This document shows positions 16,482 to 26,833 of a stretch of DNA of 64,000 bases, one piece after another. This DNA is from Methanobacteriota archaeon. GTDB taxonomy: Archaea > Thermoplasmatota > Thermoplasmata > SG8-5. The stretch spans positions 898 through 64,897 of the forward strand of contig VMTD01000061.1 of the NCBI GenBank assembly GCA_013791785.1. The letters are read 5' to 3'. The notes beneath the pieces are model-generated. The model was given only the letters and a program-made list of their open reading frames with translations, had not been told where the DNA came from and ran no database searches. Within the stretch, counting starts at the first letter, position 1; every line of letters begins with the position of its first letter. Made by a program: the position numbers and the translations under genes.

Positions 16482-17177
16482 ATGATTCGTGGCATCATCG
16501 AAGTTTCATTTCTCGACTGGGACGGAAAGGTCGTCATGGTACTGTACACGCCCAGCTGCAATTTCAGATGCCCGTTCTGCCATAACTGGGAACTGATGGA
16601 TAACCCGGAACGTTATCCGGAAAAATCATGGGAGGACATCAAGGCACTGCTGGAGGAGCACAGAGATTTCCTGGATGGCGTATGTTTCACCGGCGGAGAG
16701 CCGCTTATGGAGCCGGACCTGGAGGAATGGCTCCGCAAGGTAAAGGACATGGGGCTGCTGGTAAAGCTGGACACAAACGGCTCGTTCCCGGATGTTCTGG
16801 CGGATCTGCTGGAGAAGAAGCTCATCAATTACATTGCAATGGACGTGAAAATGCCCCCGAACGGCGATTACGCCAGGGCTGCGGGGACTGAAACGGACGT
16901 TGAGGCCATGAAGAGGTCCATCGACATCATCAGGAATTCCGGCGTGGGCCACGAGTTCAGGACGACGGTGGTTCCTGGCATCCACACCATGGAGGATGTG
17001 GTCGAAATCGCAAAATTCCTGGGCGGCGGAAAGTACGTGTTGCAGCAATTCGTCCCCTATCACGCGCTGGACGAGGCCCTGAGGGAAATCAAGCCCTATG
17101 ATAATGAAACAATCATTGACATGGCTGACGTATGCTCGGAATATGTGGATGACATGGCCGTCAGAGGATTAAGATAA
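16482..17177 (+). CDS. Radical SAM activating-enzyme-like protein (NrdG / PFL-activase family).
   Basis: CNFRCPFCHN is a CxxxCxxC motif close to the N-terminus. The protein is 231 aa. Confidence 0.6.
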   Translation: MIRGIIEVSFLDWDGKVVMVLYTPSCNFRCPFCHNWELMDNPERYPEKSWEDIKALLEEHRDFLDGVCFTGGEPLMEPDLEEWLRKVKDMGLLVKLDTNGSFPDVLADLLEKKLINYIAMDVKMPPNGDYARAAGTETDVEAMKRSIDIIRNSGVGHEFRTTVVPGIHTMEDVVEIAKFLGGGKYVLQQFVPYHALDEALREIKPYDNETIIDMADVCSEYVDDMAVRGLR

Positions 17178-17188
17178 AAATGAAGATG

Positions 17189-17212
17189 GAACATCCCGAA
17201 ATCGGGATGTTC
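17189..17212. terminator. Perfect 10-bp hairpin (gaacatcccg aaat cgggatgttc) between the convergent radical-SAM and ndk genes. It overlaps the ndk stop codon.
   Basis: Direct reading. A-runs and T-runs flank it. Confidence 0.5.
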
Positions 17213-17657
17213 ATTCGTACAGCCAGACTTCGTCGATTCTGGTATACTTCTGTATTTCTGACCTGTCGAAGAACAGGTTTATCTCTCTTTCCGCGCTTGA
17301 CGGCGAATCGGAAGCGTGAATTATGTTGCGGCCGGTGGTCATGCCGAAATCGCCGCGGATTGTGCCCGGGCCCGCTTCCTTGGGATTGGTCTTGCCTACA
17401 AGGGTTCTGACGACCGATATTGAATCCGTACCTTCCCAGACCATGGCCATTACCGGTCCCGAAGTGATGAAATCGACCAGTTTTTCATAGAAAGGTTTGC
17501 CCAGGTGCTCGCCGTAATGCTTGGCCGCGAGTTCCGAATCAATTTTCATGAACTTTGCCGCTACAAGTTTCAGGCCCTTGGCTTCGAATCTGGATATGAC
17601 CTGACCCACTATCCCGCGTTGGACGCCGTCCGGCTTGACCATGACGAAAGTGCGCTC
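17211..17657 (-). CDS. ndk: Nucleoside diphosphate kinase.
   Basis: [16 protein letters not shown] and the NIIHASD active-site region. The start was trimmed to the conserved Met. Confidence 0.9.
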   Translation of the reverse strand, partial: ERTFVMVKPDGVQRGIVGQVISRFEAKGLKLVAAKFMKIDSELAAKHYGEHLGKPFYEKLVDFITSGPVMAMVWEGTDSISVVRTLVGKTNPKEAGPGTIRGDFGMTTGRNIIHASDSPSSAEREINLFFDRSEIQKYTRIDEVWLYE

Positions 17658-17671
17658 CATGATATCGCCCA

Positions 17672-17989
17672 TCACTTGGATTTTTCTTTCTTCTTGGGTG
17701 CGGCTTTCTTGGCAGGTGCTTTTTTGGCCGGTGCCTTATTTTTCTGCTTTGCCTCCGGCTCGGGTTTCGGTTCTTCCGGGCCCTTCTGCCTGTTGAGGGC
17801 GCTGGCCTTCAGCTCGCCGTATCTGTTTGTCCAGCGGGTTCGCCTGGGAACGCGTCCAAGTCCGACGTTATTTTTCTTGCATTTATTGCTGCAGAAATTG
17901 AATACTGAGCCGTCTTTCTTGACGTACATCTTGCCGGTGCCCGGTTCTATCGGTTCTCCGCAGAAGGAGCAGTTCCTTTTCTCAACCAT
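17672..17989 (-). CDS. rpl24e: Ribosomal protein L24e with a Lys-rich C-terminal tail.
   Basis: N-terminus [31 protein letters not shown]. Confidence 0.85.
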   Translation of the reverse strand: MVEKRNCSFCGEPIEPGTGKMYVKKDGSVFNFCSNKCKKNNVGLGRVPRRTRWTNRYGELKASALNRQKGPEEPKPEPEAKQKNKAPAKKAPAKKAAPKKKEKSK

Positions 17990-17997
17990 GTTACCAC

Positions 17998-18216
17998 TTA
18001 CCTCATGCCAAGCTTTCTGGCTTCTCTCTGGGTCTCCCTGAGCATGAGTATGTCCCCAAGCTGCACGGGCCCGATGACGTTTCTGGTGATGATGCGGCCC
18101 TTGTCCCTGCCATCCAGTACCCTTACCTTGACCTGGGCTGCTTCCCCGGTCATACCTGTTCGGCCTACGATTTCCACTATCTCGGCCGGTATGCTGTCGT
18201 TCATCATTTCAATCAC
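17998..18216 (-). CDS. rps28e: Ribosomal protein S28e.
   Basis: [41 protein letters not shown] is characteristic of S28e. Confidence 0.9.
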   Translation of the reverse strand: MIEMMNDSIPAEIVEIVGRTGMTGEAAQVKVRVLDGRDKGRIITRNVIGPVQLGDILMLRETQREARKLGMR

Positions 18217-18226
18217 CCTGGTGAAA

Positions 18227-18598
18227 TCACTTCTTAAGTGAAGCTACCTTTCCGGCAATCTCTTCCATGAGAGGTTTTCCCTTGCCGGCGTCCATAATCG
18301 CAACCGAGGAAGTGGGCTTCTCCAGTCCGCATGCAACACCCAGCTCTTGCTTGCTGGGCACATAGGCATACGGGATGTTCTTGTCATCGCACAGGAGAGG
18401 CATGTGGGCCAGTATTTCTTCAGGCTGAACATCTTCCGCTATGATGACGAACTTGGTCGTCCCCCTTTCCACGAGTTTTGTCACCTCGTTGGTTCCCTTT
18501 CTCAGCTTACCGGTGTCCCTTGACAGTTCCACAAGCTGGTAGGTCTTGTCCACGAGTTCTTTTTCCATCTCAAATCTTACATACATGGGTTTTGCCAT
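18227..18598 (-). CDS. rpl7ae: Ribosomal protein L7Ae, the K-turn-binding component of C/D and H/ACA snoRNPs.
   Basis: The start was trimmed to [10 protein letters not shown]. Motifs [13 protein letters not shown]...FVIIAEDV are present. Confidence 0.9.
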   Translation of the reverse strand: MAKPMYVRFEMEKELVDKTYQLVELSRDTGKLRKGTNEVTKLVERGTTKFVIIAEDVQPEEILAHMPLLCDDKNIPYAYVPSKQELGVACGLEKPTSSVAIMDAGKGKPLMEEIAGKVASLKK

Positions 18599-18716
18599 TT
18601 CAATTCCTCCTTCATCTCCCCCGGGCGACAGCCAGAGGGGACTCATCAGTCATTGGCTCGAAAGAGCATCCGTGCAAAGAAGGGTCACTATATATTGGTT
18701 TCGGAAACGGACATTA

Positions 18717-19538
18717 TCAATCTTTTCGCTTGAAATCCGCCCAGGCCAATTCTCCTATGACCTCGAAGCCCATTAACTTGCACACGGCTATGCTGGCCGC
18801 ATTGTCCTTTATCACATCGGACGTGGCCCTGGAACCCTTGGTCGCGAGACGGTTGACCAGCGCCTTTGTGACCGTCCGGGCAAGGCCCTTCCTCCTGTGC
18901 TCCTCAAGGGTATGGGCGAACCCGAGATTCCCCACGCCGTCGAACTCGAAATGAAGACCGCACCATGATACTGGTTTGCTGTCAATTCTCACGCAGGCAC
19001 TGTCGAATCGCTTCACGCAGTCCCGGATATGTTCCTCCCGGTCATCCCCGCCCAGTTCCCAGAACTTCGCAACATAGGAAACGTCACCGTCTTTCAACGG
19101 GCCCAGTTCGTCCCATTCTCCGGGACCGTACCCGACCGGTGCCAGAAAATGCCAGCATGGCCATTCCCCGACAGGTTCGTAATGTTCCTTCAGTTTTTCA
19201 ATGGCCGACAGTGGGCTGGCCGAGACAAATGCGCCTTTCACCGGCAGCAGTTCGTCCGGAATATCTGTCTCCGACCAATCGCCTGCGAATATAAGATGAT
19301 TCTCAGAATCTTCTATGGCCATGGTTGCGCCCATGTCCCCGACGGAATAAATTCTGAAAACATCTCCGCTGTGGAACGCCCTCCATAGGAATCCGGAATT
19401 TTTTGCCAGGTCAAGGGCCAGCCTCTTCCTGAGAGCCCCGAGATCGAATGCGGATTTGAGGTGCCTGAGCATGAACACTTGTATGAGGAACGGATATATT
19501 AATCCGGGGCATGAATGGTTACCCGAAGAAACACCCAA
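18717..19538 (-). CDS. GNAT-family N-acetyltransferase (two-domain).
   Basis: C-terminal GNAT motif (EHRRKGLARTVTKALV) and a length of 273 aa. Confidence 0.55.
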   Translation of the reverse strand: MGVSSGNHSCPGLIYPFLIQVFMLRHLKSAFDLGALRKRLALDLAKNSGFLWRAFHSGDVFRIYSVGDMGATMAIEDSENHLIFAGDWSETDIPDELLPVKGAFVSASPLSAIEKLKEHYEPVGEWPCWHFLAPVGYGPGEWDELGPLKDGDVSYVAKFWELGGDDREEHIRDCVKRFDSACVRIDSKPVSWCGLHFEFDGVGNLGFAHTLEEHRRKGLARTVTKALVNRLATKGSRATSDVIKDNAASIAVCKLMGFEVIGELAWADFKRKD

Positions 19539-19582
19539 TAAATTTATAAGACAGTAGATATATTACAGCGCAAAGGGAAGAC

Positions 19583-20089
19583 ATGGTAAAGGACATGTAC
19601 GCCGACCTCGAAAAGATCGAGGCACGCGGCAAGAGGAAGAAAGAAAAGAACAAAGGTCTGTTCTCATCGTTCGGCAAGAAGGATGAGCCCGAGCCAGTTC
19701 CTGAACCGCAAGCTTCACCGGAACCGGTCCCGAAGGTTGTCCGGCCGGAACCGCCAAAACCTGAGCCTGTCAAAAAGACATCCCCTGTTCCCCAGCCCAA
19801 GCCCGTACAGGAACCGGTTGCAAGGCCAGCACCGAAGGTCGAGAGTCCCCCGCCACAGCCTGTGCCGAAACCAATTATTGCCCAATCGGCACCGGAGCAA
19901 TCGGCCCCGGAAACGAACAATGGGTGGGAACCCCTCACCGGCGGCAAGCTGAAAAAGGCGGAAGTGGATATTCTGACTTACAAGAAATGGCTCAACAATG
20001 GCTACAAATCCGGGATTCTGACGAGGGAACAGTGCACCGACATGGTCAGAAAGAAGGAAATCGAACTCGGGCTCAGGGCGCCGGAATAA
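19583..20089 (+). CDS. Proline-rich low-complexity protein with a short conserved C-terminal domain.
   Basis: PEPxP repeats. It may be a small anchoring or disordered protein. Confidence 0.35.
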   Translation: MVKDMYADLEKIEARGKRKKEKNKGLFSSFGKKDEPEPVPEPQASPEPVPKVVRPEPPKPEPVKKTSPVPQPKPVQEPVARPAPKVESPPPQPVPKPIIAQSAPEQSAPETNNGWEPLTGGKLKKAEVDILTYKKWLNNGYKSGILTREQCTDMVRKKEIELGLRAPE

Positions 20090-20650
20090 TTACAGTACAG
20101 CAAATTTTTCTATCTTCTTCCTGAGCACGGGATTTTTCTGCATCTCCAGCATGATTATTGCAGTTTGAAGCTTCCAGATGGTGTAAAAATTCAGGCTATC
20201 GTCCGGCTTCAAATCCCGGATTTTGGCAGAGACAGTTTTCTCTATCTCGAGGAACGCTTCCCTCAGGGCATCCTCATCCACGCCTTCATAACCCACCTGC
20301 CTCAGGAGCCTGGCAACCTTCTCGGTAGAGCGTTCCCAGTGCTTCAGCAGCGCGTCCTTGCCCGGAACAGCATCGACCCCCGGGGCCAGGAAAAAGATTC
20401 TGGCAGTGCGGCCATAGACTTTCTCAGGAATGTGATGGTCCTTCCTTTCCCCGGTTTGCTCTATCAGCCCGGCCTTGAGCAGCTTCTCCACGTGCCTGTA
20501 GATGGTCGACTGGTCCTTCTCCAGAATGCTGGTCATCTGCGCCACTGTGAGTTGATTAAGCCTGAGGAGCTCCAATATAGACCTGCGAGTTTCGTCCGTT
20601 ACCAGCTTGATGACCGCGGGGTCGTCAATGACCCGTATCTCGTCAACCAT
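20090..20650 (-). CDS. ArsR-type winged-helix transcriptional regulator.
   Basis: ETRRSILELLRLNQLTVAQMTSILEKDQSTIYRHVEKLLKAGLIEQ is an HTH with the ArsR signature. Confidence 0.75.
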   Translation of the reverse strand: MVDEIRVIDDPAVIKLVTDETRRSILELLRLNQLTVAQMTSILEKDQSTIYRHVEKLLKAGLIEQTGERKDHHIPEKVYGRTARIFFLAPGVDAVPGKDALLKHWERSTEKVARLLRQVGYEGVDEDALREAFLEIEKTVSAKIRDLKPDDSLNFYTIWKLQTAIIMLEMQKNPVLRKKIEKFAVL

Positions 20651-20742
20651 GTGATTTCCAAAAGGTGGCTAGCATATTTATAATTTTGCATACTTGCGCA
20701 TCCGTGCATATGTTTATATAGGCTCAAAAAATATGCATAACT

Positions 20743-22104
20743 GTGCGAATGTTCGAGAGCACCAACGGCTCCAAGCGCCGCCGGGACATCGTGGCCTTCA
20801 CCTGGCCCGTGATACTGACCAATCTGCTCCATACCCTAACGATCACCGTTGACATGATGATGCTCGGGCAGCTGGGCGGAGACCTGGGCAGGGACGCCAT
20901 TGCCGGCGCCGGTCTTGGCGGCCAGGTGGTTTTTCTGTCTCACTCTATCATGATGGCAGTGAGCGCCGGAACCATTGCCCTTGTGGCCAGGCATACCGGT
21001 GCAGGTGACAGGGAAAAGGCCGGGCGGGTGATGGAACAGAGCATCGTACTTGGAATTCTGCTTTCGATCCCCCTGACCCTGTTCGGATGGTTCCTGGGAG
21101 GCCAGGCATTGGGTCTGTTCGGCGCAGAGGCGGGGGTCCATGCCCTTGGCGAGATTTACATAAAATATGTGTTCATGGGTACCATATTCAGCTTCTTCTC
21201 TTTCATACTGGGCGCGGCATTGCGCGGGGCAGGGGACATGAAAACACCCTTGGCCATCGCCCTGATAACGAACGCGGTGAACATCTGCGGAAATTATATC
21301 CTGATATTCGGTCGCCTTGGATTTCCTGCCATGGGGGTGCAGGGTGCGGCCATTGCCAATACCATAGGATTCTTGGTTGGTGCGCTGGCATACGTGTATC
21401 TGCTCTTCGCCGGAAAGCTGGTGATTAAATTACCTGCCCTGAGGAAATGGTTCGATAAAGAAGTGATTCGCAGAATCATGAAGATAGGAACTCCGGCCGC
21501 CGCGGAACAGGGCGTCCTCCAAATCGGATTCTTACTTTACACAGCCATAATCGTGTATTTCGGCACAGCGGCACTTGCAGGCCATCAGATAGGGAGCCGC
21601 ATTCAAAGTCTCGCGTTCATGCCGGGCATGGGTTTCGCCATGGCTGCGACGGCGTTGGTCGGCCAGAATCTGGGGGCGCTGAAACCGGACGATGCCGAGG
21701 AAAGCGGGTGGGAATCCACCAAACTGGCTGTGCTGGTCATGTGTGCCATCGGGATCGTGATGTTCATCTTCGCCGAGCCAATGGCAAGGCTTTTCGTTGA
21801 CGATGCAGAGACTGTCCGGCTAGCGGCATTATGGATGCGGCTCCAGGCTCTGGCCATGCCCGCAATAGGCATACATTTCACCCTATCCGGGGCGCTCAGA
21901 GGTGCGGGTGACACGCGCTGGCCGCTGAACGTTTCCATAATCGGAATGTTCGTGGTTCGGTTGCCCATAGCGGTGCTCATAGGTTTCATGCTGGGCATCG
22001 GGGTTCTGGGGGCCTGGATAGCCTTCGTGATAGAATATAACGTCCGTGCGGCCATCATTGCCTGGCGGTTCAAGAAGGGCGCCTGGAAAACAATAAAAGT
22101 TTGA
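20743..22104 (+). CDS. MATE-family multidrug/Na+ efflux transporter.
   Basis: 12-TM protein of 453 aa with MATE duplicated-half architecture. Confidence 0.85.
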   Translation: MRMFESTNGSKRRRDIVAFTWPVILTNLLHTLTITVDMMMLGQLGGDLGRDAIAGAGLGGQVVFLSHSIMMAVSAGTIALVARHTGAGDREKAGRVMEQSIVLGILLSIPLTLFGWFLGGQALGLFGAEAGVHALGEIYIKYVFMGTIFSFFSFILGAALRGAGDMKTPLAIALITNAVNICGNYILIFGRLGFPAMGVQGAAIANTIGFLVGALAYVYLLFAGKLVIKLPALRKWFDKEVIRRIMKIGTPAAAEQGVLQIGFLLYTAIIVYFGTAALAGHQIGSRIQSLAFMPGMGFAMAATALVGQNLGALKPDDAEESGWESTKLAVLVMCAIGIVMFIFAEPMARLFVDDAETVRLAALWMRLQALAMPAIGIHFTLSGALRGAGDTRWPLNVSIIGMFVVRLPIAVLIGFMLGIGVLGAWIAFVIEYNVRAAIIAWRFKKGAWKTIKV

Positions 22105-22475
22105 TGCTCATACACCCTCACGGTGAAAGCATGTCGGATATTTCAGAATTCCAGAGAGAAAGGGAGAGACTGACCACACTGATGACGGAGAAGGCCGATA
22201 TGAACATGAAGAGATTTCTCAACCTGGACACGAAGGTCTATGAAGATGGCGCCCTGCCGGCGAAACAGAAGGAGATGCTGGGCCTGGTTGCCTCCCTGGT
22301 CCTGAGATGCGATGACTGCATAAACTATCACCTGGTACAATGCTACAGAGCCGGAGTCTCGGAAGCTGAAATTGTGGAGACCATGGACATCGGCCTCATC
22401 GTGGGCGGGTCCATCACCATACCGCACATCCGTCGGGCGCTGAAGGCCTGGGATGAACTGGGGAGGAAAACATGA
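22101..22475 (+). CDS. Carboxymuconolactone decarboxylase / AhpD-like family protein.
   Basis: CxxxH motif (CDDCINYH). Its start overlaps the MATE stop. Confidence 0.7.
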   Translation: MMLIHPHGESMSDISEFQRERERLTTLMTEKADMNMKRFLNLDTKVYEDGALPAKQKEMLGLVASLVLRCDDCINYHLVQCYRAGVSEAEIVETMDIGLIVGGSITIPHIRRALKAWDELGRKT

Positions 22476-22930
22476 GCAGAAAATATGATGACCTTTTTGA
22501 CATGGCAAAAAAGCGGATAAGTTCCGGGGGCCGGAAGGACGAGGTTCTCACAGCCCTTTGCCACCTCCTGAAAGAGGAAGTAGAGCACTATGACTGGGTA
22601 GGCATTTACACTGCCGATTCCAGAAAAAAGGAACTGAAGCTCGGCCCCTTTGCCGGTGAACTCACTGAACATATAAAAATCCCGTTCGGAAAGGGTATTT
22701 GCGGACAGGTTGCCATGAACCACAGGACATTCGTTTCCCAGGACGTGGCCAGCGAACCAAATTATCTATCATGCAGCCCCTGGGTGAAATCCGAGATTGT
22801 CGTACCGATAATGAAAAACGGAAAATTTGTCGCCCAGCTGGACATTGACTCGCACACCAAGGCATCAATCGACGAGGATGATGTCCTTTTCCTCGAGGCG
22901 CTGTGCAAAGAGCTGGCTGTACTTTTCTAA
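22472..22930 (+). CDS. GAF-domain protein (free methionine-R-sulfoxide reductase-like).
   Basis: GAF fold signature (DWVGIYT...GKGICGQVA...SEIVVPI). Confidence 0.7.
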   Translation: MSRKYDDLFDMAKKRISSGGRKDEVLTALCHLLKEEVEHYDWVGIYTADSRKKELKLGPFAGELTEHIKIPFGKGICGQVAMNHRTFVSQDVASEPNYLSCSPWVKSEIVVPIMKNGKFVAQLDIDSHTKASIDEDDVLFLEALCKELAVLF

Positions 22931-24378
22931 TGATGATGCGCCGGTTCCACATGGGCCTCGCCACGTTCGTGCATCTGGAAATGCTCGTACTGGGCAACGG
23001 ACATGAACCGGCCGCAGGCCCTTTCGACGACCTCGCTGAGCGCCGGGTGTATGTGCATGGCCTTGGTAAGTGGAAGAATGCTGCCCGATGGGGTGTACAT
23101 GAGATTGATTATTTCCTGTATCAGAACCGATGCCTGCGGTCCAACAATATGGGCGCCCAGTATCTTTTTGTCGGATGCACTAACGATTACTTTGACGAAG
23201 CCGTCGGCGTCCATGGCCGTGCCCTTGGCAGTGTCTTCATACTTATGGAATCCGATGAGCACACCCGTTTCACCGTGAACTTTCACCGCCTCTGCCTGGG
23301 TCATTCCAACACCGGCAATCTCGGGATAGGTGAAAACCGCATGCGGAACAGCGTGGTAATCCATCGGCATTTTCTTGCCCAGAACGGCATTGTAATACGT
23401 GACTATGGATTCTTCATTGGCCACATGCTTGAACAGGTGTTTTCCGTTGGCATCGCCGAATGCCCATATTCCCGGTTGGGTGGTTTCCATGTACTCGTTG
23501 GTCTTCACCCAGCCCTTGGCATCCAATTCGATTCCGGACTTCTCGGGATGCAGCATTGCGGTGTTCGGAACCCGGCCGGTTGCCACCAGAACCTCGTCCG
23601 CGGTGAATGAGACTGTTTTGCCGGACTTCCTGTCCTTGGCAATGAGGGTCTTCTTGCCCAGCATGCCAGACTGGGCCTCGATTATCTCGTGATTTGTGAC
23701 TATTTTCATGTGCCCGGACATTTGCTCGATAGCAAACCGGGAAATTTCCGTTTCTTCACCGGGCAGGAATTGCGGATTCCGTCCGACGATAGTGACTTTG
23801 GAGCCCATGGCAGAGAAGAAATGTCCGTACTCCGCTGCGACGTAGCCGCCACCGATTATGACGATGGTGTCAGGAAGTTTGTTTATCTCCAGGATTGTGT
23901 TGCTGGTGTGATATTTTATCTTATCCAGACCCTTTACCGGGGGTATGGCTATCTCCGAGCCCAGGCACAGCAGAATGAATTTTGATTTGATGGTCTCTTT
24001 GCCGACCTTCAGCGTGTACGGCGCGATGAATTCCGCCGCCACGGGATAATAATCGATGTTGTCGGAATGGCCCAGCCCCTTCCGGATGCCCTCTATCTGG
24101 GGTTTGATGTGAGACCTCATGCGCCCCATAACCTTCTGAAAATCTATCTTTTTGATGGACGCGTCAATGCCGAATTTTTCCGCCTCCTGGATAAGGCGGA
24201 GGAGTTCTGCGGGATACACCAGCATCTTGGTGGGGATGCACCCTCTGGTGAGGCAGATTCCGCCCGGGTCGTCCTTGTCGATAACCGCCGCCCTGAATTT
24301 CGGATCTCTGTCCAGGTACGCCGGAACAATGTTCATGCTGGAGCCGCTGCCTATGGCTATGATGTCGTAATTCTTCAT
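22927..24378 (-). CDS. Class I FAD-dependent pyridine-nucleotide-disulfide oxidoreductase (dihydrolipoyl dehydrogenase-like).
   Basis: N-terminal FAD-binding YDIIAIGSGS, a redox-active disulfide GGICLTRGCIPTK and a C-terminal dimerisation domain. The protein is 483 aa. Confidence 0.8.
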   Translation of the reverse strand: MKNYDIIAIGSGSSMNIVPAYLDRDPKFRAAVIDKDDPGGICLTRGCIPTKMLVYPAELLRLIQEAEKFGIDASIKKIDFQKVMGRMRSHIKPQIEGIRKGLGHSDNIDYYPVAAEFIAPYTLKVGKETIKSKFILLCLGSEIAIPPVKGLDKIKYHTSNTILEINKLPDTIVIIGGGYVAAEYGHFFSAMGSKVTIVGRNPQFLPGEETEISRFAIEQMSGHMKIVTNHEIIEAQSGMLGKKTLIAKDRKSGKTVSFTADEVLVATGRVPNTAMLHPEKSGIELDAKGWVKTNEYMETTQPGIWAFGDANGKHLFKHVANEESIVTYYNAVLGKKMPMDYHAVPHAVFTYPEIAGVGMTQAEAVKVHGETGVLIGFHKYEDTAKGTAMDADGFVKVIVSASDKKILGAHIVGPQASVLIQEIINLMYTPSGSILPLTKAMHIHPALSEVVERACGRFMSVAQYEHFQMHERGEAHVEPAHHH

Positions 24379-24446
24379 GCTTCCACCTGAGTGCGGATTG
24401 GGGTACCGGTTAAAATGGTTATTGTCGGTATTTGATTGGAGATTGC

Positions 24447-25193
24447 CTATTCAGAAGCTGGCGGCTCGACAGGCTCGACGGGCTCGGCGGGCGGTCTCTT
24501 TCCGCCCGGCTCCTCATCTATGATTGGCACTTCCTCGGGTTCCATGAGCCTCAGGTATTCCGGCGGGACCGAATCCACCACGAAGACCGTGTTTCCGGCC
24601 TTCTTGATGACTATTTCGGCCTCCACCATTGCCTTTGTGTTCACTTCGAATATGAGCGGTTCGGGGCAGCGGACCTTGCCCGCGATGATGGCCGACTCAA
24701 TGGTCTTGCTGAGATGTACCCGTTTCCTGTCGGACGGCATGAGGCCGGTCTCCAGGAGAATATCTTTCTCTTCCTCGGTGGTCGGGTAGAAAAGCAAGTC
24801 CGGTGTGCCGCGGGTCGGGAGGTCGAGGTCCACATCAACGGAATGCGCGTAGGTTGCGCGTATCATCCCGTCCCTGAACTGGTACCGCCCCTTGGGGTCG
24901 GTATCGATGATTGCCAGCACATGGTGGGGCTTGAGCCATCTGAAGCGTCTTTGCTTCTTTCGGACCATGTTTATGAACTCTTCCAGGTCTATCCACCCAT
25001 GCTTGTCCATCCGAAGACCGTACCGCTCCGGGAAATGGCGCAATACGCCGGCCATGGTCCTTCCGAGCTTGTCCAGCTCTTCTTCGTTCATAAGGAAACG
25101 CCCCTGCTCACCGCATATCGGGCATTCCTCTTCTCTGAAATATCCGTGTGTTCTGCATTCTTTTAGCATCGTAATATCCCCTAAGGAGAACAC
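24447..25193 (-). CDS. kptA: RNA 2'-phosphotransferase Tpt1/KptA with an N-terminal zinc ribbon.
   Basis: VLRHFPERYGL...GWIDLEEF...KGRYQF...IRATYAHSV matches the Tpt1 family. Confidence 0.75.
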   Translation of the reverse strand: MFSLGDITMLKECRTHGYFREEECPICGEQGRFLMNEEELDKLGRTMAGVLRHFPERYGLRMDKHGWIDLEEFINMVRKKQRRFRWLKPHHVLAIIDTDPKGRYQFRDGMIRATYAHSVDVDLDLPTRGTPDLLFYPTTEEEKDILLETGLMPSDRKRVHLSKTIESAIIAGKVRCPEPLIFEVNTKAMVEAEIVIKKAGNTVFVVDSVPPEYLRLMEPEEVPIIDEEPGGKRPPAEPVEPVEPPASE

Positions 25194-25235
25194 CCTATTA
25201 CCAAGTAAGCTATTATAATTTTCCCTCGGGCATTC

Positions 25236-26072
25236 TCAATGTCTGGGTTCAAGGTCTGCCGACCTCACCACGCGGATATTGCGCTCTTCCAGAAGTACCG
25301 TCAGCTCGCCCTTCCGCGGCTGTTTCACGGCCTTCTTGTGAAAGTATGCGACAGACGCGCCCGGTGTTCTCTCAATGATCTGGTCAAGCATGGTTCCGTC
25401 GACGTGAGCAATGGCATAATCCGGAACCATGTGGCCCATGGAGATTTTCATTCTTTCCACAACATCAGTATGCCTGGGAGCGTAATGGCCCCCGCCGAAA
25501 CCGATTCCTACAACGTCGTTTCCGGTGATGTTACTTTGGCCCAGTTCCAGTATCACCCTGGCAATGGCCTTTGCGGGTTCCGGTTCCGGCCATGCTTCCG
25601 GGCCGCTGCCTATCTCGATGAAGAGGGTGGGCGTCTCGAGGTACGGGCCGTGATGCGTGGTCTCGAAGGATATGCCGAAATCAAGACCGCTGCCGTGCTT
25701 CTTCAGCAGGAGAAGGGCTTCAGTCATTAGCATGGGATTGGTGGGCACCAGCCTCCCAGGCTCACCGCCGAAATCCGCATTTCCGTAATTTCCCAGGGCG
25801 TGAACTGTGAGGGTCCGCAGGCCGGACTCGGACCTGTGCCTGGAGGCGAAGATGAATGTGTCATAACGGTTGCCGGTATCATTCTCCACGTCTCTGTCAA
25901 GGCATTCCCTGTGGAGGTGGATGTCCTTTATGAGAATCATGTGGAAATTTCCGTGGCTCAGCACCGGCTCATCTTCGAAGATTCCGGTCTCTTCCCATTC
26001 GGCCATGCCGAGCAGTTTGCCGCGAATATTCATGCTGGCCACATCCTCGGCCGAGGTGATTATCAGATGCAT
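25236..26072 (-). CDS. dtdA: D-aminoacyl-tRNA deacylase, archaeal DtdA-type.
   Basis: N-terminus MHLIITSAEDVASMNI matches the archaeal DTD family. The protein is about 278 aa. Confidence 0.65.
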   Translation of the reverse strand: MHLIITSAEDVASMNIRGKLLGMAEWEETGIFEDEPVLSHGNFHMILIKDIHLHRECLDRDVENDTGNRYDTFIFASRHRSESGLRTLTVHALGNYGNADFGGEPGRLVPTNPMLMTEALLLLKKHGSGLDFGISFETTHHGPYLETPTLFIEIGSGPEAWPEPEPAKAIARVILELGQSNITGNDVVGIGFGGGHYAPRHTDVVERMKISMGHMVPDYAIAHVDGTMLDQIIERTPGASVAYFHKKAVKQPRKGELTVLLEERNIRVVRSADLEPRH

Positions 26073-26166
26073 GTTTCTCTTGAAAGGGCCCGTGATAGAT
26101 TAATTTATTGGAACGTGGAAACATCTTAATAGATTCCGCCCTATCCACAATACAGGAGAAAAATTC

Positions 26167-26328
26167 ATGGATCGGCCGAAGAAGGTTCTCACTTGCCCCC
26201 AGTGCGGGAGCGCCAGCCTGTATTACGAGGCAGGACTCGTCACCGGCTACAAATATCACTGCAAGGACTGCGATTATGTGGGGGCGTTCGTCATTGAAAA
26301 GGACATTCCTGCAAAAAAGATGCAATAA
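26167..26328 (+). CDS. Small zinc-ribbon protein (53 aa), not in the ORF track.
   Basis: My translation is MDRPKKVLTCPQCGSASLYYEAGLVTGYKYHCKDCDYVGAFVIEKDIPAKKMQ. AGGAG lies 7 nt upstream. The 92-aa ORF 26108..26386 is in a different frame and looks spurious. Confidence 0.45.
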   Translation: MDRPKKVLTCPQCGSASLYYEAGLVTGYKYHCKDCDYVGAFVIEKDIPAKKMQ

Positions 26329-26407
26329 CGTTTCATTTCCCCCCAGTATCCTCTTTCTTACGGGAAAAAACCAAAAGTTTATGTAATCATGATATTATGG
26401 ATGGGTG

Positions 26408-26824
26408 ATGATTGAACCGAAGAGGTTGAACCTGGTGCTCGGGGCGATTGCGGTAGCAATACTGCTCCTGTCTTTCACAGCTTACGCTTACACGCTCATA
26501 CCCCAGGGCGACCCCGATGTCCTGGTGGTGAATGGTATCGAATACGATTGGGATGCGATATTCTCTGATTTCGAGATGCTGTCTTTTGAGGCCAACGGAG
26601 AACAGTATGAGGGCATAAGTCTCGAAGCTCTGATACTGGATGCGGGCATCGAGAATCCCGAAACCCATGGTTACAGGTTCAACGCCCTTGACCCGTATGA
26701 AAAGGACGTAACATGGAATGACATTCTGAACGGGTACCTGATTGAGACGGAGCACCGGAGCGTGTTTCCGAAACTCACCCAGAGCTTCTGGGTCAGGGAC
26801 CTTGCGTCGATAGAGGTGATTTAA
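26408..26824 (+). CDS. Membrane-anchored protein (N-terminal TM helix) and the first gene of the AOR operon.
   Basis: N-terminal hydrophobic helix followed by a soluble domain. It is colinear and tightly spaced with the following genes. Confidence 0.5.
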   Translation: MIEPKRLNLVLGAIAVAILLLSFTAYAYTLIPQGDPDVLVVNGIEYDWDAIFSDFEMLSFEANGEQYEGISLEALILDAGIENPETHGYRFNALDPYEKDVTWNDILNGYLIETEHRSVFPKLTQSFWVRDLASIEVI

Positions 26825-26833
26825 TTGGAAAAA